A DNA stretch of 64,000 nt from Bugula neritina (taxonomy: Eukaryota > Animalia > Bryozoa), in the NCBI GenBank assembly GCA_964035545.1, contig OZ037773.1, positions 2,199,751 to 2,263,750 of the forward strand. The letters are read 5' to 3'. Position 1 is the first letter of the stretch. Every line of letters begins with the position of its first letter. Under the pieces are notes generated by a model. The model was given only the letters and a program-made list of their open reading frames with translations. It did no database searches and was not told the DNA's origin. A program made the translations under genes and the position numbers. This document shows positions 45,001 through 59,684 of this stretch, piece by piece.

Positions 45001-46627
45001 AACAAAGATACAGTAAAAACAAAGTTACCTTCACCAATACCAAGACCGCCAACACCATCTATTGCATTGATTATCTCTTTATGACCTTTTGCAGAGTAGA
45101 CAGGCAGAGCAGGTTCTTCCAGGTTCCTGAAGACACACAAGACACGTGACAACAAACTTATTATGTATACAAGGCCATTGAACAGTTACAATTTAGTAGT
45201 CCCAGTATAGTTTGAACCAATAGCTTATCAAAAGTCTCAGCTTTCTTATCTAAAATACTAATTTGAAGAAATTCTAAAGCAAGTTGAATCCAAAACTATT
45301 AACCAAATAAAAGGTTTAAAACTACAATAACAAATTTTTCAAATAAGTACATTTAATTACTATTGATAAAGCTGTACCATATTGAAACCTTTCCTTCAAA
45401 GTCCCCAGTTGCCAGATATCTTTGCTGAAGACTGGACGCAGCAAATGTACAACACTTTAATGAGACTCCCTTATCTATCTGCAAAATTACATCATCAAAA
45501 ATTATTTCTAATATCATTAAACATATAGAGATATATATGCCATATCTACAGGACTTGACGGGTTGTGGTGGACTTCTGGTGATCTGTAGAGGGAACTCTA
45601 TTTCTAACTTTCATCACATATCAGAACCTCAATAAAAACAGTAATGTATTTTTTCTTCTCTATATATTTTTCAAGACTTTGGAATAAGAGAGAAAAATTA
45701 AATTTCAATTCCGTGTGATGTAATAGTCAAGCATAGAGTCTAACAGGCTAGACAAACCTGAAACTTTAATATTTCAAATCTAATTTAACATGTAAAGCAA
45801 AAAGTATAAACTTATAACTTTGGCAAACAGCTTAGCTCCAAAGAACTAATTTCAATCAGTTATGATAAATTCCAATAGTAAAGAGGTGGCAGAAAATTTC
45901 AACAGCAGTTTGAAAAATTCAATCGAGCTATGCATTGTTTGATATTATAGTATGAGGTAGTATAATTTATTACTCCCTTCAATTTTTACTATAGTTACTA
46001 GAAGACTTTAAAGCATGTCGTTGTTGTCGGACATACAGCCATTATTCAAAATTATCATCAAAGTCAATTTAAAATCTTAAATACAACAATTTGAATTACA
46101 ATATGAATATCAATTAGAAATAAATGATATTATATAATTATAACTTACTACTGCACATTGCCACATTCATTTTGATTCTCATTTTGAATATTAATCTGCC
46201 TCTTTACTTTGTACTCTCTGTATCTTAGTGTTACTTTTAGAGTTACTGTTAGTATTAGTGTTACTCAGACCTTACAGTTGGTCTTGAGTTGCACCCTATA
46301 AAATGTTTCTTGGGAGTGCCTGAAGGAATTTAAATGTAAGTTTCAATATGCCTATGGTTTAAACAGAAAAAAATTCCAGTTTAAGTTTCGTTTTGGCTAT
46401 TGCCTTTGAACATAAGTTTTATATTTTTATTCTAGAATTAGTCTGAATTTCACCTGTTTGACTAGATCAACATCTCCGTGAGAAACTTCATAAATCTGTA
46501 TAGTTCCACTTCCCTTGGGTTGATTTCCTATGACAACAAACTTAGCACTAGTTGGTATCCATTTTGAATCAAATAAAGTAAAATTTAATGATTTGTGGGC
46601 ATGTAAAATTATTTGAGGCTTGTCCAT
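42036..46627 (-). CDS. WDR92: WD repeat protein 92 (Monad/DNAAF10). Exons 46627-46454, 45478-45378, 45126-45029, 44762-44628, 43837-43722, 43401-43267, 42939-42842, 42243-42036
   Basis: [82 protein letters not shown]. Confidence 0.95.
44214..44593. mobile_element. ~380-bp foldback/MITE palindrome in a WDR92 intron
   Basis: Arms are imperfect reverse complements around the central GGACTGTCAC-AAAAACCC-GTGACAGTCC. Confidence 0.8.
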
Positions 46628-49600
46628 TTTACTATTCAATCAGTAAATTACCCAGCAACATGCAAACAAGCAATCAAAAATGGCAGAATTTTTAAGCAAC
46701 TTACGTCCGTATAGCTTGCCAAGAAAAACATGTTTCCTTCGACATGCGGTTTTGCCGACTTAATGCCTCAAAGTTTTAGCCTGTTTTCTATTTATTTAAA
46801 ATATTATGAGTTACTAACTTAGCTATAACGTCGGTCAACCCACACCTCAGCATAGGCTACAGGACAGTTAGTTGATTAGGTAGGGTAACTCTGTAATTAT
46901 ACGCTAGTGTTATAACAAAGTTATATAAAAAGAAAACTTTGTATTTGTTCACATTATTTTTAAAATATTTAAATTAAAATTTTTAAAATAAAATTTTTAA
47001 TAAAATTTAAATAATTATTTTTTGTAACCAAAGTTTATTTGATAAAGTTTTGACTTTTATGTAGTCTTGCTTTCAAAATAAACAAGCAAGTGCCGATTTC
47101 AAGCAGCACTCGCCACTCACAACTGTAGAAACAGTTTGAAAAGGATTAAGCAACTGTACTCTTAAATAACCGCATAATAACAATGTGTTCGTAATTGTAT
47201 TACAAATACTAATACACCAGCATTACTTAACTGGCACTACTATTTTGTTATATACTTCAACTTATAATTAAATTTAATGTTATCGCTATTATTTAGTAAT
47301 TTACTAATTAGTAATTAGTTTTGCCATTGGACTTGGTAATAGTTGATGATATGAGTATGAGTATCAATATGAATATCAATATGTCTAATTTAGTAATTAT
47401 ATTACTATTAGCCATTATGATTATCATTATGATTAATATTGATAATAGTTAATACTACTACTACGTCTACTAGTGTACTACTCTGAGTTCTATTAACTAG
47501 CATTAGTAAGTTAGTAACACTAACAGTAACACTAACAGCAAATCTAAATAAGTAAATTTAATGAGTATACTAATACTTATACTTATAGTGACTTATACTA
47601 ATAGTAATAGTAATAGTAGTAGTATTACTATTAGTAATACTTATACTTATTCGTCTTGGGTTATTGAATTTATTTATTTTCTCCTGTTAATTTAATTTTT
47701 TATTATATTATAAATATAATTATTGCTATTTTGTTATGATTATTAATATTATGTTTATAAGTTAAACTAGTAGTAGTACTTATAGTTACTTGCTTCAAAC
47801 TTAAAGTTAATAATAATCTAATCATAACTTTATTAAATAATTATTAATATTTATATTATTTATTATTATACTTAATTTTATATAGTTATACTTATAGTAA
47901 CTTATAGTCTTGTAATACTAATAGTCATTAGTCATATACAGATACTTGTACTTAAAGCCTATAGGTATTACTTCAACTCATAAGGTATTACATTTTGATT
48001 TATTGCTACTATTAGTAATACTATATCAATATAATATACTGTATATTGATATATAAATATCTATATTAATGGTAGGTTTTCTTTATATTTTAATAAATTA
48101 TTGGATAGATAACTCAAATTGAAGTTTTTCACATTTATGTTGGCTTCATCTGAAGACACAGTTTTGATTAATAGTAAAGTAATACATCTACAATCTTCAT
48201 TAAGATTTGAAATCTTGCATTGAATATTTATATCATTCTGAAATGATGGCTTGTGAAAGTAGTAGTCCCAGTAATAATGAATATAAAATAAAAATGTTCA
48301 TTTTTACTATTTTAAAAGTTTAGATTATTATATAAGTAAATGACTTGTAATTGAAATCTTTATACAGCAGAAAATGGCGTGTGGCTGAAATATGACTAGA
48401 ATATATCTATTGTGACATTAGACTTAGACTAATTAATTGTTAATATAATTTTCATAATGATAATGTTGACTGCAGTGTATGCTATTAACTCACTTTTTTG
48501 GTATTATTATCAGTATTATACTCTAACTATACTATAACTAACTATATTAGGTATACTCTAACTACCAGCTACCATGACTTGAAGATTTAAATTATAATGT
48601 CATTTAGTTGTTAATGCAGAAATATGCCAATGCGTTCTGCAATAGGTTTGCTTTCAAATAAAAATAAGCATATGATTTATAATGGTAAAGAACCGAAATG
48701 ATTTGGATGTGGGAAGGGGCAATAAGCAAAAAAGTAAACACATTTTTGGAATGTTGTACCAAGGTCTAAACTTGCGGCTGTCTAGCAGACAACAGTCATT
48801 TTGTAACATGAAATTGGCTAAATATAATACTCTAAAATCTTTTGTAGAGTTTTTTCAAATTCATTTTATTTTAGTGTTATTAAGAATGATCTTATATTTA
48901 TTTACATTAAAGAGTGTGGTGCCAGTACAAAAGTTTCATTTTTTTAATTTAGTCCGTAAAATTAGATGTTTACTCAGTTAATTAAAATTTTCTGCAATAA
49001 TAAGACGCAATTCCGAAGCTGCAAAAACTCAACTTTTTCTTCCAGGAAATAAAGAATATTTCAAACTCCTATTACAATAAATGCTGGTAGTAATGGTGGT
49101 TAAAACGCAATTTTGGTGGTGGATGTTTATATACTTTACTAGTGATTGTAATAATATATATATTTATAGGATCTATATACTATTCAAGTGTGAAATTTTA
49201 ATAACCAAGTTATATATACTTATTGGGTTGAGTCTGTCAATATAAGGGTTACCTACATTAATATGTGACAGTAGCATTAGTTGTAGTGGTAGTTTAGTGT
49301 GTTTGGTTGTTGCTGTAGCACTAGTAATCATAATGATAGCTGCAGATTTTATTTCCACTGTAAAGCAGCACATATTTGTGACTTCAGTTATTATGTTCTC
49401 AACATTTCAGCTCAGTGAAGGAAATGTCTTGCTGATACAAATGAAGTTGTTGCCAGTTGAAGAACCATACCATTATATTCATCAAGCTAAAAGTACAAGT
49501 GCACTAAATGTGAGCTGATGATACTTGTATATCCTACAGTATACTTTTACTTTTTATATTCGCAATATTTTATATTATTTTTCACCAACTTTGGTAATAA

Positions 49601-49665
49601 AATGCATAACGTATGAATCTTCCCATCTCTCAGGTGTTCATCAGCTTCTCTGGTTGTAGGTCAAC

Positions 49666-52600
49666 ATGAGCGGGTCATGTGACGTGGAAACTCGTGGATT
49701 AGTTCACACGCTGCCACCTCAGGTCACACTGGCCTCTCAGGCTACTCCGTCTTCGGTGGCTGCGAGAAAACGCAAGAGTGCCTCCGAGTTTATCGCATCA
49801 GCCACACCGAAAAACACAAAGTCGAGTCAAAGGCTGTCTGGTGCTGCCGTCACAGCTGACCCCGCAGTGGGTAGCCCGCTGCTGAATAACCTCTCTCTCA
49901 ACACCAGTCTATCACTACCAATCAACTATAACGATCTCAACAACAACAGCAATCGTGACGCTGCCGCTAGCAGCGATGCTGTGGCCGGTGAGTCCGCTCT
50001 TTCTAATAGCAAGCATCTTATCACGGCAATAGCAAACATCTCTCTCGAATTTGCATAAGTAGTTTGTAGTCTTTTCCAGAGTGAAGTACGTCACTGTAGG
50101 CCTGCCTGAGTTGTTGTTTCTATTCTCTCGCCTTGTTTACTAGAGTTGGTTGGGTCTGAGGTTTTGTGGTAAATATGTTATGGTTGTTTACTTGCTTTCC
50201 CTCTGTTGCCAATATTTATACTACTACTATTACTGCTACTACTATTCTACTATTACTACTACTACTACTATTACTCTACTACCACTACTGCTACTACTAC
50301 TATATACTACTACCACTACTGCTGCTGTTACTGCTGCTGCTATTTGTGTCACTGATGTCGCAGGTGTTATTGTGGTCATCATTAAAGTCATAGGTCTATT
50401 CTTGGATTGTTTACCACTCATTACCCAGGGCTGAATGTTTATCTTGATAAGTGTAATAGCACGTGTTTACAGTAGCCGTCCACCATTTGTTAACCAGACT
50501 GTTGGCCTCTGCACCTCTCCGGAATTCACCACTCTAAATAAAGTAACTGAGTGAATTGGGGAGAAGTTAAATTCTCATCAAAGTCTCTTGCGCACCGGCT
50601 ATCGGCTATTATTGTGTTATGTTATCAGTGAGGATGTTTCCCTGCTTCAGTTGACAATATCCTAGGCACCTGTCATAATACTTGGCCAGTGGTGTCTCCC
50701 TCATCCATGTTCTCACTCGGCTAGCCAACAAACAGAGCGTTGTCATGGCGATGCTTCAACATTGGTTTACTGCTATGATTAATGGTGTTATTTTTCTGGT
50801 GAGACGTTTAGTCGTTTACAGTGAAAGGCCTGGCTGCAGTAATTGTCCTTGGTTATTGTTGGCCTGATTATGTAAAGGGCATCCAGTGCTTGTATTCAAG
50901 TGATGGTCTTCCTAATATAGTATTAGCAATGGTAGTAGTAGTAGTACTAGTACTAGTACTAGCAATGGTAGTAGTAGTGGTGGTAGTGCTAGTTTTGAAG
51001 CTGGTGGTAGCATTGAAACTACTGGGATGTCCCAATTGTTTACTTTTTTCACAGAGCAGTAAATACTATGTTTCACGTATTAGTTTAGTGTTGATCACTA
51101 TTTTACACAGTCGTTGGAACAGTTGTTCTATTGAAGGTTGCTCTTCTTTCACATCAGTTTAAAGCATTTGTCACCATTTGATTCTGTTAGTTGTAAAGCT
51201 ACTGTTAGTTGTAAAGCTACTGTTAGTTTAGTGTGAGGTTTATCAGTTAGTGAAGGTAGTTTGTGTTGATCAATCAACTCTCAGCCACTCAATGCTTTAA
51301 GCCGACACAACAGCAGCCGTGCGCTCACCGTGCAACGTAAACCTTCCATCCTACGCAATACATTCGTATATAGTGAAGGTTACGGCTAGTAGTAAACACG
51401 CGCTCTACAGGCTTATCGCTGTGAGTGATGATTATTTGGCCCCGTGCCAATACATTCATTGCCTCTGTTAGGTTACTAGCCTGGATGTATTTTTATTTGG
51501 TGCGGCATGCATATTGTACCCGCACTTGGTGTGTATGTAATATTAAACTTACAACTGTCGTCTGCTCATTTGGTGAGGTCGGCTCGTACTATTCCCAGTT
51601 TAAAAAGGTAACTTCACAGTTCAGCAACATCCCATCATTACATATTTTAGTTTGAACCATTAAAGGTGATGACCCCACTTTTTTACTGATACATTGACAC
51701 TCACTTACAGATCAACACACACTTCAGTAGTACTCTCAGTCCAGTAGTACTCTCAGTCCAGTAGTACACACAGTCCAGTAGTACTCTCAGTCCAGTAGTA
51801 CTCTCAGTCCAGTAGTGCTCTCAGTCCAGTAGTACTCACAGTCCAGTAGTACTCTCAGTCCAGTAGTACTCTCAGTCCAGTAGTCCTCTCAGTACAGTAG
51901 TACTCTCAGTCCAGTAGTGCTCTCAGTCCAGTAGTACTCTCAGTCCAGTAGTACTCTCAGTCCAGTAGTACTCTCAGTCCAGTAGTCCTCTCAGTACAGT
52001 AGTACTCTCAGTCCAGTAGTGGATGTTTGTGTTGAGATTTATTCTTGAAGAGGAAATACACCTATCTAAACCCAATTGCCTAGAAAATAAGTTTTACCCA
52101 TGGATATTTTCAGAGTTTTGTGATGGAGAAATGTCACCAGCCAAAACTGGGTCCTTGTTTTCACCCACATTTCGGTTTCCGGAGAACGGGAGTTCAAATG
52201 GCGGCTCCAGACCCGTGACTCCCAGCCGGTCTCAGAACGGGACGCAGTCAGCGAGTCAGACGCCGGAAGACAGCAACTCTAGGCAACAGCGGCATGGACA
52301 GCAGCAATGCAATCATAGTGATGACGTGTTTATGTCCAGCAGCCACTCTACAGCTGAGGTGAGTTACCAGGTGTCTCTGCTACTCCAGCATCACTTCAGT
52401 ACTGCAGCAGAGTGTTTCAGCTGTAGCTGCCCATTCAATGCGCGCTGACTTTATTTACTACAGGCTGTCTGTCAATGCCATTATTATTGGATAGTCTGGT
52501 GATTGTCAACAGTGATATGCTAACTAAAGGGTAGCCATTGTTTATATTTAGTCATCATTAATTGATGCCTTCAATTGTATACCTTAACACCTACAGTACC

Positions 52601-55600
52601 TTAACATCTACACTACCTTAACACCTACAGTACCTTAACATCTACAGTACCTTAACACCTACAGTACCTTAACATCTACACTACCTTAACACCTACAGTA
52701 CCTTAACATCTACAATACCTTAACACCTACAGTACCTTAACATCTACACTACCTTAACACCTACATTACCTTAACACCTACAGTACCTTAACATCTACAA
52801 TACCTTAACACCTATAGTACCCTAACATCATCCAGGTAGCTATTTTCCTCTAACCTTTCACTTGGTCCTCTGTTTACTCAACACTTCACATTCTGATGGC
52901 AAGCTATAAACTCATTGTTTACATTCTAAATACTCACCAGTTGTTTCAACTGTCAGCATCTAACCTTTTACTTCATGTCAAAATCTGTTAACATGTAATA
53001 TTCCTCCTGCCATCTATCAGAATATTGTCGCCATGTAATATTACTCTTAGCATTTACTCCAAATCAGAGGCTTTTTAAAAAGTGTTGGGCTCAGCAATCA
53101 CTTTCCCACCCTAACAGTAACATAATAATACGTTATATTATAACATACAGAGTGATATTGCTGGTGCAATGCTATAGGCTATATTTCCCCTCTCTTTATC
53201 TCTGTATTTCTTTACAGGTCACATCTCCACAGCTGCTGACATACCCCAAACCTGTCACTGAACGTTGTGCTGCCAACTGTGAGAAAGGTAACTGACTTAC
53301 TAAGTGTTTACTTGAGGGTTTCCTTTACTCTTCTGTCTTTTTACTCCCTTCTTGTGTCACCCTGTCCAATATGTTCTCATCGCCTTGATGATGACTGAGG
53401 CAATATCATTCTGCATAATATATTATGTAATCCAAGTCTCTCACTGGAGCCTGTTTCCTGCCACCAATGCTCTGCTTTTGCTGGTAAAATAGTGGTTTTG
53501 TGTCATTTGAGGTAGAAACAGGTTGGAATGAAGATTTAAATCATTATAGCACCATGAGAAGGGGGTCACACTGTAACACTCTGTGTAACTACTACCTAAC
53601 ACTCTGTGTAACTACTACCTAACACTCTGTGTAACTACTACCTAACACTCTGTGTAACTACTACCTAATACTCTGTGTAACTACTACCTAACACTCTGTG
53701 TAACTACTACCTAACACTCTGTGTAACTACTACCTAACACTCTGTGTAACTACTACCTAACACTCTGTGTAACTACTACCTAACACTCTGTGTAACTACT
53801 ACCTAACGCCTGTGTGTGTTTTTGTCAGGCTATACGGGAGACAACTCCCTGTGTTCGCCGTACATGTATTATGATATGCCCACCTCGGCCTCTGAGCTCT
53901 ACACAGAAGCAGACGATGAGGTGAATATGTCTCAGGATGAGGCTCCCGAAGAGAGCGAGGAATTTGACGAATGGGCAGTTGACCCGTAAGTTATCTCCCC
54001 CGTTCAAATAAGTTTCTGAAACAGTTGCCAGTCCAACTTTTCTTTCAGGTTTTGTTTCTTCAGGGGAGCTAACTCCCAGTTTTCCTCCCGCAGGTTCTAC
54101 TTTATACGCACACTACCGCCGTTGGAGACGGTGCTACGGAGTAAGGTGCCCGCACTGCCATTCAAAACTCGGTCTACTCCTAAGTTCTCCTTAGTCCTTG
54201 ACCTTGACGAGACTCTGGTTCACTGCAGTCTTCAGAAGTTGTCGGGTGCCTCCTTCAGCTTCCCAGTTTTCTTCCAGGGAGAAGATTATGAGGTGAGGTT
54301 ACACTTTGCCCCTTGACTCACAGCTTCATGCTTGTCACACCACAGTACTAGTCACACCACAGTACTAGTCACACTACAGTACTAGTCACACCACAGTACT
54401 AGTCACAGTACACTGCTAGTCACACCACAGTACTAGTCACACTACTGTGCACTATATACTATGTAACTATACTATGCTATTTACTATAAGATATCCTAAA
54501 CTCTACTACACTGCACTACCCAGCTGTGATATGCAGAGCTATACTAATTAAAGATACACATTATAGAGTGCTACAGGCTTTATGCTCTTCTCTATAAATT
54601 ATACTGGTACGTGTTTTGCTGGTGCCTCTCCTTTCTAAAATACATTCTGTCCACATTTACTATGTATCTCATGTATCATTTGCCGTGTAGCAATCAAAAG
54701 TAGATAACTTTAAAGAAAAGTTACCTTTTAAATAGTTTCAACCTTTACGTATTTTAAGCCGATGGCATCTTGTTGGTTGTTGAAGGTGTTTGTGAGGACA
54801 CGCCCATATTACCGTCAATTCCTGGAACACGTGTCGAAGATGTTTGAGGTGATATTGTTCACGGCCAGCAAGAAGGTGTACGCTGATGCCCTAGTGAACC
54901 TGCTGGACCCTCAGAAGAAGTGGATTAAGTGAGATGTTTTACTATGAGAAAACCACAAGAGTGACTTTACATGCTTGTTAGATATAGTTTTACTGTTCTA
55001 TTGTAATATTTTATTATTATTCTAAATTACTATATATTATATTGCATTGTGTGTGACTGTATTATGGTCATCATGTATAGTACACCATGGTGGCACATTT
55101 ACCTATATATAATATATTTCATGTAGCACCTTTACTTATAAACGAAATGTATATCAATTGTGCTGCATATATTTCCGTATAATGGGTAAATTTGGAGTTA
55201 TTTTGTACTCCTATGCTTGGTCAGTGCAGCTTTCATATAATGTAGGTTTAATTAACCCTTCTGGATTTGTTCACTTGATGTTCAGCTGCAGAGTCTAGTT
55301 TGTTTACTACCTGCATTCACACTGCTCTATATTATGTGAATGAGTCACCTACCCTAATGCCAGCATTTCCTCTTTCCATGACCTCTAAATGTACTGTTTC
55401 AGGCACCGTCTATTTAGAGAGCATTGCATCTGTGTAAATAGCAACTATATCAAAGACCTGACCATCCTAGGCCGGGAGCTGAATAAAACCATCATCATTG
55501 ACAACTCGCCCCAAGCCTTTGGCTATCACGTGAGTGTCACAGCTCTGTGTTCCCTGGCTTAGACATATCTGTCCACCAGCAACCTCTGTGTGCACCTGGT

Positions 55601-56365
55601 GATAGGTTTTGGAGCTTTTTATTCTTTTTGGGAATAATCTCCCTTGTTCACAGCCTGTGATTTCTACAGTAAAAACATTCCTGTTTGTTTTCCACCCTTG
55701 TTAGAGTGGGACAACTCCAACATATATAATTGATTTGTAGATAAGCAATGGAATACCCATAGAGAGCTGGTTTGACAACCCGGATGACACGGAGCTGTTG
55801 AAGCTCATCCCGTTTCTGCAGAAGCTGCACGAATACGTAAGTGTATTTCCTGTCAGGACGGGAGTGTTTTAGAATAGCAGTTGGAAATGAATACAGTCAG
55901 TTTTATCTTGTTGGGATTAGATTCTGATTATTGGAAGACGAAATGTGTGATTGACTTTTGTAACTATGCCGTAGCTTCTTGGAAGTGTTTCTGTACCATA
56001 TTTGAAGTATTCCTGTCCACTCAGTCTTTCTATCCTTGACCTATTTAAACTCATCATGTCTGCGAATCTTTAGAGAAAACTTAGTAGCTGTCAGCCAACA
56101 GTAATCTGTTAGTTTATTCTGTTTCCCCTTTGATCCCAAGATTTCTATCCAACAGTAAATCTGGTCTGAAGGATTTTTCACCAAAATATGCTTTTCAAAA
56201 ATAATATATTGAATAGAGTTGCTTGTCGGTGATTTACTGTCGGCCATATTGTTTATTCTCTCGTCTGTGTTGCAGGATGTGGAAGACGTCAGGCCATGGC
56301 TGACTGAAAAGTACAAACTCCACGAGTTGCTGGCCGCAGCTGTGCCGCCCCCATTACTGCACTAA
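49666..56365 (+). CDS. CTDSPL2: CTD small phosphatase-like 2. Exons 49666-49987, 52114-52358, 53218-53287, 53829-53985, 54094-54292, 54786-54928, 55403-55529, 55741-55836, 56276-56365
   Basis: FCP1-like HAD domain [72 protein letters not shown]-terminal exons are less certain. Confidence 0.92.
51725..52020. repeat. 17-bp minisatellite
   Basis: (CAGTAGTACTCTCAGTC)n, about 17 copies. Confidence 0.95.
52580..52829. repeat. 17-bp minisatellite
   Basis: (ACCTTAACAYCTACAGT)n. Confidence 0.95.
53572..53807. repeat. 23-bp minisatellite just upstream of an acceptor
   Basis: (TAACACTCTGTGTAACTACTACC)n, about 10 copies. Confidence 0.95.
54333..54445. repeat. 17-bp minisatellite near a donor
   Basis: (TAGTCACACCACAGTAC)n. 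Confidence 0.9.
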
Positions 56366-58842
56366 TCCGGCGCATTTGACTCTCAGGCTAACCGTTTCAC
56401 TAGTTGGGGACGGTCAAGCTGGCCCCCTTTCTATGTGATTAAAGAATTGAGTACTTTGGACTCTACTTGTCGCGATTCACTCGCACTATCATCCAGTCCC
56501 GGTTTTCTTACTAAAATTGTACAGAGATTGAGTATAGACTGCCCCAAGCATATGTATAGTACGTCATGTGTAGGCAACTTCCAGTCACGTGTGTTAAACT
56601 GCCAGAGTTACATGGTCAGTATAGTGTGTAACAGGCTTGTTCTATACCCCCCCCCCCCCTTCTCTTATATATATATACTAGTTCACTTGTACACCAGCTC
56701 AACTACACAGATCTGGTTGTAGATATACCTAACCTACACCATATCATACTCTGTATTTTTGTATTTCATGTAAATACCACGCTTCATCTTTTGCCCTTGG
56801 CTTTGTTCAGTCCTTGACCCCTCTTCATTCTGAGGCTCAGGCATGCGGCAGCGGTGATGCTGCCGATTGCAGACAATAAGTGGCCTGTTGATCTCGAGCT
56901 TGGTTTCCTCCAGGGCCAGAGTCGTGTTTATTGTCTATGCAAAGGGGTCTATGTATTAGCTCACAGATATCATATATAGTGTCTATGTTTAATTAGTAGT
57001 TTTAGAATTCTCTTACAATGTGTTTTATGATTTTATTGCATTAATCAAAACCTTTTCAATTCTAATTGCATTTACATTCAATTTTCTATACTGTAAAGGT
57101 TGGCTTATTTTTAATAATTTTGACAAAACTTACAATTTTTATGCAAAAAAAATTGTACTCCTTACTCAGACCCAATTTAACTAACTAGTTCGTTCTAATG
57201 TTTTCCAAAAAGAATACTTGTAAATTTCTTACAAAATACTGTTTATAAATTTGTTGGCTGTAATTTTATTAGCTATTACTCATCATATACTGTTGCTTTC
57301 TGGTTAGACTACATGCGTTACTGATGTGCATTTCCACACACACTACCAAAATAATATATTCTGTATATTATCTATCCTTCTATTTTTATATTATATTATC
57401 AAAATTTACTCTACTTAGATAAATAAAGACTTTAATCACAAGACGGTTGTTGTGTCATGTACCAGTTTTATAAGCAACTAGGAAATCTACTGCAATCCCC
57501 TGTCCACAGTTCACAAAAATGTGGTACTCTTCTTGGAGTTATCTGTCCTACAAATCAAAGAGTGATTACTATGAAGATCTATTCTAGGATAAGTGGAGAA
57601 TTTTTATTAAGTTGAACTGCTTGAAAGCACAGGTTCTAATGTTATATACAACTCTGTGATATTTAGGATTTGTCTCCTCATCATACTTGTGTATAATACC
57701 TCAGCAGTAACAAAGATTTCATCAAACTGTAAATTAATGCGATGGTGGCTTAATAAATTCCAGGAGTTTTGTATTATATATATCGCATATATAGTATATG
57801 CTTGGTGGGTTTGTTAGAGAGAATAGTCTCCCTACAACTTGTAGTTTTATTCTACTTGGCATTTGTCGGCACCGATCTTTGAAATCTCTCAATAACCAGA
57901 AGCATGGATTGCTGGACAGTTCTTGCTAACTCACTGAAGTATAAATTCTCCCGTCTCTGTGAGGACCCCTAGTGGTAGGGTTTTTAGGTAGGCTTACCAG
58001 CACAATGCAATTAGGGTCAGGAACCCTTATTGACAACTGCAAAGGTCACTCACTATAATAATAAAATAAAGTTTGAAATTGTATATTCTAATAATATCAT
58101 ATGTACACAGGTCTGAATTACAGTTAAAAAACTTATTTAATCATACTGTTAAATAATAATTAAAAGCTCATAGCATGAAAACTACTTCAAATTAAGATTT
58201 TTCCGAATGAAACAAGTCAATGAAATATTGTAGCATGGGTAAAACTTAAGTTGCATTTATGACGCGTCAATGTAGTAAAAAACAATTGGTTGTCATGAAT
58301 TATTGATCGTAGGCATATACTTGATACTTTATATTGCTAACAGGCAGTCAACGATGTCAAATGAGTCTAAACCACTTTTGTGAAAATTAATTTTGAATTT
58401 TACATGATCATATCATGGAAAGTAAGATGATTATTGGACTATAATATAAGCTATGTAATGTTGTACATGCTCAAATAGATAAATTCTTTTAAAAGTCTTT
58501 TAATCCTCTTTCAAATATTCTTCTCCAAGTACCTGTATAATTATGGTTTGTATGTTAAATTCAACTGGTACCACCAACAACTAAAATAAAGTTTAATAAG
58601 TGACTTCTGTTCTCTATTGAGGACCTAATATTTGCTGAATCAACCTGTAAGCATGATTATGTGGGTACCTGATAACACATTATACATTATATAAAAATGC
58701 AATGACTTTCCATATGAATGTAACTTGACAAGTTATCTGATAATAGATAGCCTATATATAGACATATTTCTGTTTTTCTACAAATATTTTATGCAATGCG
58801 AGACATTATATAATGCTGATTAAAATCAGCGAGACAAATGCT

Positions 58843-58926
58843 TTCCTGTGCCATTTTTACCTGGGCCATTATTACCTGTGCCATTTTTACCTGGGCCATT
58901 ATTACCTGTGCCATTATTACCGGACA
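58843..58926. repeat. Short tandem subterminal repeats of the foldback/MITE family seen at 25065-25320
   Basis: (CCTGKGCCATTWTTA)x5 followed by CCGGACAC. Confidence 0.7.
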
Positions 58927-59684
58927 CTAAAAAGCTCTAATCATGAAAGAAGAGCTTTATAATCATATAATGTGTTCTAAGTTAATAAGAATTTGCTATC
59001 TGACAGGTATCATGGTTGAAGATAAACAGCTAAAACATTTATATATGTAGCAAATGCTTGTTTAGTTTAATTATCTTTTAGGGTGATTCTCATTCACTCC
59101 CACATTGTGCTGGACAAGATATGATGAGAATTTACGTTGAAAGTGTCTTTAAAATAAAATAAAATCAGGTACCTAAGAATTAGAAAGAAATGCCAAAACT
59201 AAGACCGTTTTCGCCTGATCTGTAGAAAGGGCCAGTGTTCTATATTTTCACTAGTGGAAGAAATTAGAACGCTGATGCAATCATATAGCAGCTTTTTCTT
59301 TACATTTTACTTTTGAGTAGCATATCCTATTGTAAAATAAAAAGAGCCTGAATATAGTGGTATACTTTAATAGGTTGATCCGATGATAAAATCAAAGACA
59401 TTGCACATATATAAAAGATATTGTAGTAGGTTTGGTTGCTTCACATGAGTTGTATAGAGCCTACGAGGGCAACCTGGGCACTGGAGCATCTCAAATGAAG
59501 AAGAGTGATTAATCACATGTTTAGTAGCTGAGACTTGAATAGCACAGAGCTTCCACCTAGTCAATACTCATTTCGATTCTCTCAGTCACCCTCACGGTGC
59601 TACTTGTAGCTGACTCAATTATAACTGGTAATGCTGTCGCTGGCTCTTTAGGCAGCCTTTTAAGGCACACACTTGTAATGCATT

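Noticed and set aside
50150-51162. Hydrophobic ORFs in the first modelled CTDSPL2 intron
   Set aside because: Derived from trinucleotide low-complexity tracts.
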